The position numbers were made by a program, and so were the translations under genes. Positions 29,401 through 38,492 of a stretch of DNA of 64,000 bases are shown piece by piece. The DNA is from Pseudomonadota bacterium (lineage in GTDB: Bacteria; Bdellovibrionota; Bdellovibrionia; Bdellovibrionales; Bdellovibrionaceae): NCBI GenBank assembly GCA_041178425.1, contig JBEGVH010000006.1, forward strand, positions 128,001 to 192,000, given 5' to 3'. The notes under the pieces were generated by a model that was not told the DNA's origin, did no database searches, and saw nothing but the letters and a program-made list of their open reading frames with translations. How positions within the stretch are numbered: position 1 is the first letter of the stretch; each line of letters starts with the position of its first letter.

Positions 29401-29552
29401 AATTTCCCCTTTTTTATTTGTCGCCCGAGGCAGCCTGTTAGCCTTTGCTTTAAAGGCTGTCAAAGCAAATTGCCTGAACGAGTGTATTAAAGACTTAAGT
29501 GTCTGAAAGGAAGATTAATGCGAAGCACTATCTTCTGCTTTTCGAATGGCTC

Positions 29553-30125
29553 TTAGGGAGAAATCTTAAAGAAATCGCCCCTCATATAGTGTTTGCGCTC
29601 GTTTGTGCGGCAAAGTGGTCTTCGGGTATCACCGGGATACCATCCAGGATAGGGGCTTCCATAACCGCCATCGCCATAGGTGCAATCCTTGTAGTATTCT
29701 GTTCTATCATTAAGTAAGAGCGTAAATTTTTTGGTGTTTGAAAAATCGAGTATCAGGATGCGGCCAGGAATTTGAGTGCACGTGCCAGGATGAAATCGAA
29801 AGATGGCTCGGTCGAGCTGATAAGTGCCCCGGTGTTTACTCAAGTCGATGGAATATAATTCGAGAATGGTCGAAGAACAACGAGGATGAATCACGTCGGT
29901 TCCCAAAGAGTCCTTGTAAACTAGGCGTGGGCGATCTTGATCAAAAACAATCTCTACACGTGCCTTTTTGCCATCGAACTCACCGTAGTAGGTGCCCGAC
30001 AGGGTTTTAGCCTTGGCGAGATAGGCCTCAGGAATACGGCCATCTTGAGTTTTTACCTCTTTGCAGGACACGAGCATGGAGGCCGTAATGGCCAGTGAGA
30101 TTGCGAAAATTTGATTCAATGTCAT
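29553..30125 (-). CDS. Hypothetical lipoprotein
   Basis: AAGGA RBS; lipobox LVSC. Confidence 0.65.
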   Translation of the reverse strand: MTLNQIFAISLAITASMLVSCKEVKTQDGRIPEAYLAKAKTLSGTYYGEFDGKKARVEIVFDQDRPRLVYKDSLGTDVIHPRCSSTILELYSIDLSKHRGTYQLDRAIFRFHPGTCTQIPGRILILDFSNTKKFTLLLNDRTEYYKDCTYGDGGYGSPYPGWYPGDTRRPLCRTNERKHYMRGDFFKISP

Positions 30126-30351
30126 GTGATTTCCTTTTAGTTGCAAGCGAGTCTCTGAACTAACCCTGTGAGCCTCAGTTGTTAAGGTCTTTTGCCACTT
30201 TTTGTTCAAAAAATGAAAAAACTACAAGGCTAGTCAACGCCGAGCGCCTGGGTGAAATTCTAGGTCAGGAGTGAGTGTTGACATAAAGTTTATTTATTGA
30301 TCCACTTTTGCCAATGGAATGCTCAATTTCACAGGGATGAGTGATAAAGCG

Positions 30352-30783
30352 ATGAATAAGCAAAAATATTTTAATGCCTTAATGAGTCTTTTGTTTTTTT
30401 GTAACATAATGTTTTTTCTCACGAGCTGTCGAGATACACGAACGGCAGAGTCAACCATCGGAACCGCTGGATCAGCCATTAACAATAACGATCTAGAAAC
30501 TTTTTCAGCAACGTTAATGAACCCTGCTCTAAGAGATTGGGGCCATTCCGAGGGGCTACAAACATTAAGAGCAAGGAAACCCCAGCGAGAACCGCAACTT
30601 CTCAGTTTAGTTCTGTTTCGGAAGGAAAGCTGTGGCCACAACTCGTGTGTGCACCGATTTTACGAGGGTAAAATTGGATTAAAGGCCGAGGGGACACCCG
30701 ATGAAGTCCTTCTCACGCTTTGGGTTCTTTGCCGAAAAGTCGCTAAACATCGAGAGTGTTGGATTTATGATATTCAATTATAA
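30352..30783 (+). CDS. Hypothetical lipoprotein
   Basis: Lipobox LTSC after a hydrophobic stretch; start uncertain (30319-30352). Confidence 0.55.
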   Translation: MNKQKYFNALMSLLFFCNIMFFLTSCRDTRTAESTIGTAGSAINNNDLETFSATLMNPALRDWGHSEGLQTLRARKPQREPQLLSLVLFRKESCGHNSCVHRFYEGKIGLKAEGTPDEVLLTLWVLCRKVAKHRECWIYDIQL

Positions 30784-30793
30784 AAAGAGTCCT

Positions 30794-31852
30794 TTAGAAG
30801 GGCGCCTTCGCTAATTTTTTAAATTTACTAATTACTTCGCCAGAAAGCTTTAAATCGTGAGGATCAAGCACCATGACGGGGGCTCCAGGCTTTAAATTCG
30901 CTTTGCTGAGATCGGCCCAAATAACATTAGGGCTTGTGGTTAATTCAAAGAAATAGCGTTTATCTTTGAGTGACGCAACGGTGCGGTATTCGGTGTTATA
31001 AATACCAAAATCTCGATAGGGAGCACCGAAGGGAACCGAGACATTACGAGCAATAGCTAAGACACCGGCCACAGCTTCTTGCTCGTTTTTTGGTTCAGGA
31101 AGTAGCGCTTTAAAATAAGCGGCACGTTGAAAGCGATCCATCGGGTTAACGTTGCCAGGGAGCGGAAGAGAACTGCTAGGTTTGGAGAAATCCAACTTCG
31201 CTAACAAGGCAAGTTGTTCATCATAGGTAGGATCATTGGTCATGATGGTGAATTCTTGGCCATGATGAATCACTGGTTTACCATTGATGTACTCAACGAT
31301 GGCGGAATCACCTGTGGTATCTTCAATGGCCAAATGAACAGTCGATTTAAAGCCATGTGCTTCGGCCATGACGATCTGAACGTTTTTTAGTAGTTCGAGA
31401 GAGTCTTTAACGGTGGTCGCGTTGTCTAGCAGATATTGACCCCAAAGTGTGGCCTGAATGCCGGCTCGGGTAAGGTCGCGAGGTCCAAAATCGGTGGATT
31501 TAAGAAATAGCATGTGGACGGCTAAGCCATGTTCGTTGATGCCATCGGCGGTTCCGATACCGTAAATAGTTGTCACCAAACTTCCGTATTTAGAGGTCCA
31601 CTGGGCTGGATTTTTTTTCACAACGACATTAGTTCCAGCAAGGCCGCCATTTCGCTTCATTCCTCGCGGAAAAATGGTCAATACCGGTTGAGTAGACTCA
31701 GGCCAGTCCATTGATCGGGCGGAAACGGGAGCAAGCTTATTGTTGTTCCATAAAATTCGGGTACAGGCGTCGGCAATAGGGGAGATAGAGAAGCACAAAG
31801 TGAGGGCAGTGATTGCAGCCGAAGGTCTTTGGAGCAGAGTCGTTTGTTTCAA
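30794..31852 (-). CDS. Linear amide C-N hydrolase (penicillin V acylase/choloylglycine hydrolase family)
   Basis: Signal peptide, then Ntn nucleophile CTRILW, ARSMDW, DGINEHGL, MTNDP, LPGNVNPMDRFQRA. Confidence 0.92.
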   Translation of the reverse strand: MKQTTLLQRPSAAITALTLCFSISPIADACTRILWNNNKLAPVSARSMDWPESTQPVLTIFPRGMKRNGGLAGTNVVVKKNPAQWTSKYGSLVTTIYGIGTADGINEHGLAVHMLFLKSTDFGPRDLTRAGIQATLWGQYLLDNATTVKDSLELLKNVQIVMAEAHGFKSTVHLAIEDTTGDSAIVEYINGKPVIHHGQEFTIMTNDPTYDEQLALLAKLDFSKPSSSLPLPGNVNPMDRFQRAAYFKALLPEPKNEQEAVAGVLAIARNVSVPFGAPYRDFGIYNTEYRTVASLKDKRYFFELTTSPNVIWADLSKANLKPGAPVMVLDPHDLKLSGEVISKFKKLAKAPF

Positions 31853-31990
31853 GGTAGATCTCCTGATGCTGATTGAATAAAGGTGTCAATGTGTCCACCA
31901 GCAAACAGATCATTCTCTCTGCTTACTGTCAACCGATAGCAGCGGTGACTGTTGAATTAAATCTCAGCTGGCTATCGGTTTTAGGTGACA

Positions 31991-32467
31991 TTAACGAGGA
32001 AGAAAATAAGTTTCTTTCCAGCTACAGATGAGATCTTGATAAATTTTTGATCCATCTCTTAGTATCGTTTTGCTTCTTGCAGGTGTTGTAGGATTGCTTA
32101 TTGAACCATCGTTGGAGAATTGAGGCCATTTAATTTGAATGCTCATCCCATCATCATCATAGAAATGTTCTATCTGTTTTTCGACAAAAGATTCGTGATC
32201 CAAGTAATGCCGTTCAACAAACATCGAATATTTTGATGGCTTCATATGAACGTCTGCAGAAATTTTATCCTCGCGGTTTTCAAAAATAGGATTCGGATAG
32301 GTTTTAATATCGATGCGATATTTCATTTTTTTCATTTTAGGATCGGTGGTACAGACAATCAAAGTTTTTGGCTGTTTCTTAAAATGTGGGAATAAGTAGT
32401 TCTCTCCCAAAGTTTGAGCTTGAGTGTTTAATGAAATAAATAAAACTAAAAGATAAAAAAATCTCAT
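31991..32467 (-). CDS. Secreted hypothetical protein
   Basis: Signal peptide MRFFYLLVLFISLNTQA; AGGGGG RBS. Confidence 0.65.
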   Translation of the reverse strand: MRFFYLLVLFISLNTQAQTLGENYLFPHFKKQPKTLIVCTTDPKMKKMKYRIDIKTYPNPIFENREDKISADVHMKPSKYSMFVERHYLDHESFVEKQIEHFYDDDGMSIQIKWPQFSNDGSISNPTTPARSKTILRDGSKIYQDLICSWKETYFLPR

Positions 32468-32585
32468 AAAGGCCCCCTGTTAGAATCTTAGTAGTTCGTT
32501 TCCCCTTTCGTCTACACGATGTCTAGCTTTTTTTTGTAAAGTTAGCCTAAAGGGTTTGCAAGCCGATCATCATGTTTGAAAATAA

Positions 32586-33308
32586 TTATTGAAGGGACCG
32601 GCGGTGGCCTGTCCAAACAATGGGCGCGGCAAAAGCGCTATAAATCAGAAGGCCAGCGAGAAACTTCATTTCAGTTTGTCTTCCAAGAGCGGCGCTCCAA
32701 ACCCACTCGCCATAAAATCGCGTAGGCAGCCATACACTAATCTTTTGAATGGTGGGAGCCAGGCCAGCCGGTGGAATCCATAATCCTCCAGCAAAAGAGA
32801 GTATGAGGTACACCAAATTAGAGATAGGGAGCGCGGATGAACTCGGTGCAAAATAGCCAACGATGAGTCCTAGTAGGCAAAAAGGAAGAGCTCCAATAAA
32901 GAGGGCAAAAAGGAAGGGGAAAAATCGCTGCCAGCTCAGCGTTGCCGGAGTGGTTAGAAGAACCACTCCTAAAACAGCGCTAGCAGCTAAAAGGGCAAAA
33001 AAGAGGGCCGTTAATGATCGAGCTAAAAAAAATTGCCAAGAAGGAATCGACAGTGTTTTGACAAATTGAAACCAAGGCGTTGCCCGTTCAATTGAAAAGT
33101 CTAAGGCAAATTGGAAAAACACAACTCCTAAAACAGCAAATGCAGCAAAGGAACCCATTAATAAATTAGCTGCTTCTGGTGTTTTCGCGTTCGGTGCTGC
33201 AAAAAATAAAAAGAACAGACTTGGAAAAATGAGGGTACTCACAACGTAAGAAGGTTGCCTTAAAAGATGAAGACATTTTATTTTCGCATGTTTAATGATC
33301 AAATTCAT
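32586..33308 (-). CDS. ABC-2 type transporter permease
   Basis: Six TMs; SFAGGLWIP...LPT motif; coupled to the ATPase. Confidence 0.88.
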   Translation of the reverse strand: MNLIIKHAKIKCLHLLRQPSYVVSTLIFPSLFFLFFAAPNAKTPEAANLLMGSFAAFAVLGVVFFQFALDFSIERATPWFQFVKTLSIPSWQFFLARSLTALFFALLAASAVLGVVLLTTPATLSWQRFFPFLFALFIGALPFCLLGLIVGYFAPSSSALPISNLVYLILSFAGGLWIPPAGLAPTIQKISVWLPTRFYGEWVWSAALGRQTEMKFLAGLLIYSAFAAPIVWTGHRRSLQ

Positions 33309-34195
33309 TGCTTTGTCTCCTCGACAATTTTTAGAAATGCCTCTTCCAAGCTCAGCCCTTTAACTTCAAGGTGGGTGAAAGGGTGATTGATCGCGAGATC
33401 GCGAACAAAAGAATCAGCGTTGGCAGTGAGAACCCGGTAATGGCCATTATTTTCGTTCACCTCGAAGTCGGCTGAAAATCTGAGGGCGGGCTTTGCTCGA
33501 AACTCAACTTGCTTTAATCCGAGTTGGGCTTTGATAGAATTTAAATCTCCCGAAGTTAATACTCGCCCACTTTGAACCACAACAATTCGTGTGGCCAGCT
33601 CTTCGGCCTCTTCGAGATAGTGGGTGGTAAGAAGAACCGTACCTCCCTGCAGAGAGTACTCCCGGATGATTTGCCAGAGTCGGCGGCGCACATCGACATC
33701 AACACCTGTCGTGGGTTCATCAAGTAAGACTAACTCAGGGTTGCCAACAAAGGCACAAGCGAGAGAAAGGCAGCGGCGTTGGCCTCCGCTCAGAGCGCGG
33801 GTTTGTCTGTGGGCAAGCTGGGAGATGCCGAATTCCTTGAGCGTTTCAGCAATGTTTCGAGGGTTCGGGTAGTGAGCGGCAACGAGTTCTAAAACTTCTG
33901 TTAAAGTGGCATGCTCTAGGAAGCCAGAGTCTTGCGGGGTGCATCCCATTTTACGTTTAGTACTGAGTGCACTTGGTTTGCCATTGAAAACTTCGATGCT
34001 TCCTTCGTCGGGAGTCATCAGGCCAAGGATATGCAAAAGAGCCGTGGACTTTCCGGCACCATTTGGCCCCAAAAGACAAAGAATCTCTCCTTTTTTAATT
34101 TCAAAATCAAGACCGTCGAGAGCCCAAAGGTGGCCGCGCTTTTTACGAACATTCTTAAAACTAACGATAGCATTTGAATGTGGTTCTATTGGCAT
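33305..34195 (-). CDS. ABC transporter ATP-binding protein
   Basis: GPNGAGKS, LSGGQ, LLDEPT, TTHY. Confidence 0.93.
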   Translation of the reverse strand: MPIEPHSNAIVSFKNVRKKRGHLWALDGLDFEIKKGEILCLLGPNGAGKSTALLHILGLMTPDEGSIEVFNGKPSALSTKRKMGCTPQDSGFLEHATLTEVLELVAAHYPNPRNIAETLKEFGISQLAHRQTRALSGGQRRCLSLACAFVGNPELVLLDEPTTGVDVDVRRRLWQIIREYSLQGGTVLLTTHYLEEAEELATRIVVVQSGRVLTSGDLNSIKAQLGLKQVEFRAKPALRFSADFEVNENNGHYRVLTANADSFVRDLAINHPFTHLEVKGLSLEEAFLKIVEETKQ

Positions 34196-34423
34196 TGATG
34201 AAGTGCTCCCTAAAAATAAGTCCTTAAAACCATGCCATAGGACGTGGTCCAGCGCTAAGATTTTTTATTATCGAGAAACAGAGGGTCAGAGTAATGTCAT
34301 TGAAATAAGGGGTGGTTGTTAAAACCTAGACCTTCATCGAGAAGATAAGTGTTCTGATTGAAAAAAATTGTTTTTCAACAGGGGCAATAAAAAAATGACC
34401 TCCAAGTAGGCATTGGAGGGTTT

Positions 34424-35194
34424 ATGTTTAGCGTTTTTATGAAAAGTATCCTCGTAGGCGCGCTCGTCTCAATCATCGTACCTCGTCAAGCTCAGAGCTC
34501 AATGGGAGATTCAATAGTAGCTTCGCTCGATGATATACTGTACTATCAGCGCCGGTACCCCCTCAAAAATACCTCCGAGAAATTCGTCGATAACCAAGGT
34601 GAGGGTTTTGAAGAGCTTTATGGCGCTCGTAATTTTCGCGCTGTTTTGAATGGGGTTATGTACCGAGGCGGAGCAAACAATAAATATAATAAGTATGGTC
34701 GTCGCGACAATCGCAATCCTCTACCAGAAATGGGTCTTAAGAATTTTTGTCAGGAAGGTTTTGGTAAGGTTTACTATATGTATTCGACCAACTACGATAA
34801 AAAACAATCGGTCATTCGTTGTAATTCTGAGCGATCATCAAAACCAAGCCAAAATCACCAAATGGACTACAAGCAATTAGGGCCCTGGGAGCAAAAAAAT
34901 CAATACCAATTGTTAAAAGTCGTTTATGACTCCATCATGAATCCTCAAGAGGGTCCTGTTTATTTTCACTGTTGGAACGGATGGCATGCTTCGGGCTTGA
35001 TTTCTGCTCTTACGCTTCGGCAATTTTGTGATTTTTCGGGCGATGAGGCTGTTCGTTATTGGGACCAAAACACCGATGGCAATAATGATCTGAAGGCGTA
35101 CGAGGCTTACCGTCAGATGATTCGCTCTTTTTCCCCATTTCAAGATTTGAAAATCTCACAAGATCTTCAGCGTCTGATCTGCCCTGCAGATTAA
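34424..35194 (+). CDS. Exported protein-tyrosine-phosphatase-fold protein with atypical P-loop
   Basis: RNFRAV..GVMYRGG and GPVYFHCWNGWHASG; signal peptide. Confidence 0.6.
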   Translation: MFSVFMKSILVGALVSIIVPRQAQSSMGDSIVASLDDILYYQRRYPLKNTSEKFVDNQGEGFEELYGARNFRAVLNGVMYRGGANNKYNKYGRRDNRNPLPEMGLKNFCQEGFGKVYYMYSTNYDKKQSVIRCNSERSSKPSQNHQMDYKQLGPWEQKNQYQLLKVVYDSIMNPQEGPVYFHCWNGWHASGLISALTLRQFCDFSGDEAVRYWDQNTDGNNDLKAYEAYRQMIRSFSPFQDLKISQDLQRLICPAD

Positions 35195-35233
35195 CGGCGC
35201 CGAGAAAAAGACATTTACCGAGGGGAGTCGCCA

Positions 35234-35932
35234 ATGATGTATGTTCGTAAGGCTACAGATCGGGGATCGGCAGATCATGGATGGCTTCAATCGAGTCATA
35301 CGTTTTCTTTTGCCGATTATTATGATCCCAATTTTATGGGTTTTCGATCCTTGCGGGTGATTAATGAAGATTATATTGCCCCCGGGGGTGGGTTTCCAAC
35401 CCATGGCCATCGTGACATGGAGATTGTTAGCTATGTCATCCAGGGAGTGCTCGAACACCGAGACACCCTCGGCAATAAAGCTCAAATAACGCCTGGAATG
35501 ATTCAGAAAATGTCTGCTGGTACAGGGATTAGGCATAGTGAATACAATGCGAGTTCTCAAGAAACGACACGCCTATTGCAAATTTGGATTGAACCTAATG
35601 AGCTTGGAATTGCCCCTAACTACGGCGAAAAGAGCTTCGAAAAAGAAATCGAGGCTGGAGAATTAGTTCTCTTGGCGAGTTCAACGGGCGAAAAGGGTTC
35701 CATCAAACTGTACCAAGATGCTAAAATTTTCGTTGGAAAAACAAAACAGTCCCGCTCTCAAGTATATTGCCTTGGCTCTCGTCGTTATGCATGGATTCAA
35801 ATGATTGAGGGAACGCTCACGGTGAACGGAGAGGTCTTGCTAAAATCAGACGGAGTTGCTATTTCTCACGAAGAAAATCTTGAGTTAGAGTTGGCAGCGG
35901 GGTCTGAATTTTTACTTTTCGATCTCGCCTAA
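35234..35932 (+). CDS. Pirin-family protein (YhhW-like)
   Basis: HGWLQSSHTFSFADYYDP, LRVINED, HGHRDMEI, AGTGIRHSE. Confidence 0.93.
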   Translation: MMYVRKATDRGSADHGWLQSSHTFSFADYYDPNFMGFRSLRVINEDYIAPGGGFPTHGHRDMEIVSYVIQGVLEHRDTLGNKAQITPGMIQKMSAGTGIRHSEYNASSQETTRLLQIWIEPNELGIAPNYGEKSFEKEIEAGELVLLASSTGEKGSIKLYQDAKIFVGKTKQSRSQVYCLGSRRYAWIQMIEGTLTVNGEVLLKSDGVAISHEENLELELAAGSEFLLFDLA

Positions 35933-35945
35933 ATTTTAGGAATCT

Positions 35946-37394
35946 ATGAAATTCAATTTTGAAACGACGTATTTAAATTTGCCTAAAGATTTTTATCGAG
36001 AAAATCGTCCGGAAAAATGTTTGGCGCCTGAACTCCTGTGTTTCAATCAAAGTTTGGCGGAGTTCCTGGAGCTTGGGGCGTTTGAGGCTGAGAAAGATTT
36101 GCCTCTTCTCTGCGGCGAGGTTTCTAATGAAACGGCGCGCCCCTTCTCGCAAGCTTATGCTGGTCATCAGTTTGGTTATTTTAATAAACTCGGAGATGGT
36201 CGAGCCCATGTGCTTGGTGAGCATGTCACTCCATCTGGACAGCGGTTTGATATTCAATTGAAAGGTTCTGGTCAAACTCCTTACTCACGCAATGGTGATG
36301 GACGGGCAGCGCTCGCCCCGATGTTGCGTGAGTATTTGATTAGTGAAGCCATGCATCACCTTGGAATACCAACCACTCGCAGTTTGGCGGTGATTGCAAC
36401 GGGAGATGTAGTTTATCGAGAACAGCCGTTGCCTGGGGCTCTTTTGGTGCGAGTGGCTTCTAGTCATATTCGCGTCGGGACCTTTCAGTTTGCAGCCACG
36501 CTCCGTGATGCCCATCAACTCCGTCAATTTGCCGATTACGCTATCGACCGACACGCTCCAGAATGGCAAAAGCATAAGAACCGCTATTTTGAGTTTTTTA
36601 GAAAAGTGGTCAAAAGCCAAGCGAGTCTCATTGCTCAATGGATGACTGTTGGTTTTGTTCACGGTGTGATGAACACCGACAATATGTCTATTGCGGGTGA
36701 AACGATCGACTACGGGCCCTGTGCGTTTATGAATGAATATGATTTATCCACCGTCTTTAGCTCGATTGATCGGCAGGGGAGATACGCCTTCGGTCGCCAG
36801 CCAGAGATGGCGTCTTGGAATTTAACCCGCTTGGCGGAGTCTCTTCTTCCTCTCTTTAGTGATCAGCAAGAAACAGCCATCGAAATGGCCAATAGCGCAT
36901 TGAAAGAATTTGAAATCCTTTTTCACGACGAATGGCGAAGGGGGTTAAAAAACAAATTGGGTCTCATTGGCGAGAATGATGGCGACACTGAATTGATCAA
37001 TGAGTTTTTAGAGATTCTGCAAGCGCATCGCGCTGACTTTACAAATACTTTTTGTGAGCTTATTCATTGGCTCAAAGGTGGATGTCTGAATATAGAGTCG
37101 CCCTTGCAAAAGCATGACCGCTTTAAATCTTGGCTCTCTCAATGGAAGAAACGAATCAACGAAGGCTCCGATGATGTTGTGGAGCTTATGCAGAAATCAA
37201 ATCCAGCCCTCATACCTCGAAATCATCTCGTCGAGGCGGCCCTCGCTTCAGCGTCTGAGAATAACGATTTCGAGCCTTTTAATTCGCTCATAAAAGCGCT
37301 CTCTCAGCCTTTCAATCACTCGATGGTCGACGCAAAATACCAGCAAGCTCCAGGGGTTGAGTTTGCTGGTTATAAGACGTTTTGCGGAACATAA
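35946..37394 (+). CDS. selO: Protein adenylyltransferase SelO (YdiU)
   Basis: AYAGHQFG, LGDGRA, LKGSGQTPYSRNGDGRA, HGVMNTDN, TIDYGPCAF, KTFCGT. Confidence 0.93.
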   Translation: MKFNFETTYLNLPKDFYRENRPEKCLAPELLCFNQSLAEFLELGAFEAEKDLPLLCGEVSNETARPFSQAYAGHQFGYFNKLGDGRAHVLGEHVTPSGQRFDIQLKGSGQTPYSRNGDGRAALAPMLREYLISEAMHHLGIPTTRSLAVIATGDVVYREQPLPGALLVRVASSHIRVGTFQFAATLRDAHQLRQFADYAIDRHAPEWQKHKNRYFEFFRKVVKSQASLIAQWMTVGFVHGVMNTDNMSIAGETIDYGPCAFMNEYDLSTVFSSIDRQGRYAFGRQPEMASWNLTRLAESLLPLFSDQQETAIEMANSALKEFEILFHDEWRRGLKNKLGLIGENDGDTELINEFLEILQAHRADFTNTFCELIHWLKGGCLNIESPLQKHDRFKSWLSQWKKRINEGSDDVVELMQKSNPALIPRNHLVEAALASASENNDFEPFNSLIKALSQPFNHSMVDAKYQQAPGVEFAGYKTFCGT

Positions 37395-37419
37395 AAAGCC
37401 GCTCTTTTATTTCGATGAT

Positions 37420-37632
37420 TTAAAAAAGATATCCAATTTTCAGAAGAGTGATCACAGGAAGCGCCAATTTTCCAAGTTTCTCACCTTGTGAATTTGCGTT
37501 ATCTTCGAGGGCAATATATTCAGCCGTGGCTTTAATATTGTCGTCAGCATTTGATGTAAGATTTGATTTTGTACTAAGATGGGTCTGATAGCCTACATCA
37601 AACCCTCCGAATAAAACAAAAAATGTTTGTTT
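37420..37632 (-). pseudogene. Remnant C-terminus of an outer-membrane beta-barrel protein
   Basis: Frame with no in-frame ATG: ...GFDVGYQTHLS...KLALPVITLLKIGYLF*, ending in a beta-signal-like strand with terminal Phe; the RBS and ATG are out of frame. Confidence 0.55.
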
Positions 37633-37733
37633 TTAATCGGAAGGTAAAGAACTTTTTTACCGATTTCATTACTAAGGTTGTGGGGGTATGGATGTTTTTA
37701 CGGTCGAGTTGAGTTGGAGGAAATAGCGGTTAT

Positions 37734-38492
37734 CTAGTTTTTTACACACCTTAAGAAATGAGATTCTACCTCGTAAATATCTTGTGAGCAGCCATAGCCC
37801 GTCACCCATCTTGCCGACTGAAACCCTGTTCCTATTTTGTAAACGCCCTTAGTGCTATCGCAGCCGTAGAGATCCTGACCATGAGTTGTCCAATACAATC
37901 TGGGGCCCGTTGTCCAACCAGAAGAACAATAATAAGAGTAATCATTGGTTATCGATAGAGCAGTTTGCAAAGCAGAGGCTCCTCCGGCCGCATTTTGTGC
38001 AGCAGTCCACTCAGCAGGGGATGGGACATGATAACCAGAAGAGCAAATACCTTGGATGCCTGAGGGTATCGAAGCAGAGGCTGAAGAGCTATTAAGGCCG
38101 ATGGCCTTTAAAGTATAGACTTTGGCAGAACCATTTGTGTAGCTGGGGTTGGTTGTCACATCACAGGAGGCCCAATAAGCATTTCCTATTTGGACATCAT
38201 TGTTTGTGCATCCAGGGTATTTGAACGTGACAGTGATGCTACAAGTATTACTTACTTGGGTCCAAACACCGTTGTTGCACTTGTAAGAGCAGCTCCCGGT
38301 ATAGCCCGAGGCACAACTCCCCGAACTCAGACCACTAGCTCCGGCGGAAAGGTTGCAACTGGCCACCAATTCATTTTTGCAGGAGCGTGCTTGAAAGAAA
38401 GTCGATTGAAAAAGCCCCTGGCTCCAAGCCACTGAACTCATTACCAAGGGGGCCAGAAACATAAAGAGTAAGGTTAATAACCGGGTGTCCAT
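37734..38492 (-). CDS. Secreted Cys-rich protein with FISUMP (Fib_succ_major)-like C-terminal domain
   Basis: Signal peptide; VQIGNAYWA...IQGICSSGYHVPSPAEW...YWT...FLRCVKN fits the FISUMP pattern; overlaps the fibre gene end. Confidence 0.6.
   Translation of the reverse strand: MDTRLLTLLFMFLAPLVMSSVAWSQGLFQSTFFQARSCKNELVASCNLSAGASGLSSGSCASGYTGSCSYKCNNGVWTQVSNTCSITVTFKYPGCTNNDVQIGNAYWASCDVTTNPSYTNGSAKVYTLKAIGLNSSSASASIPSGIQGICSSGYHVPSPAEWTAAQNAAGGASALQTALSITNDYSYYCSSGWTTGPRLYWTTHGQDLYGCDSTKGVYKIGTGFQSARWVTGYGCSQDIYEVESHFLRCVKN

Noticed and set aside
31927..31984. attC site
   Set aside because: The ends do not fit RYYYAAC/GTTRRRY, it is a single copy and there is no integron integrase.
35946..37394. 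Selenocysteine in SelO
   Set aside because: The gene ends FCGT-TAA with no in-frame TGA.
37734..37850. FISUMP-like C-terminus as a DGR target
   Set aside because: No template repeat or reverse transcriptase was seen in the window; a remote DGR cannot be excluded.
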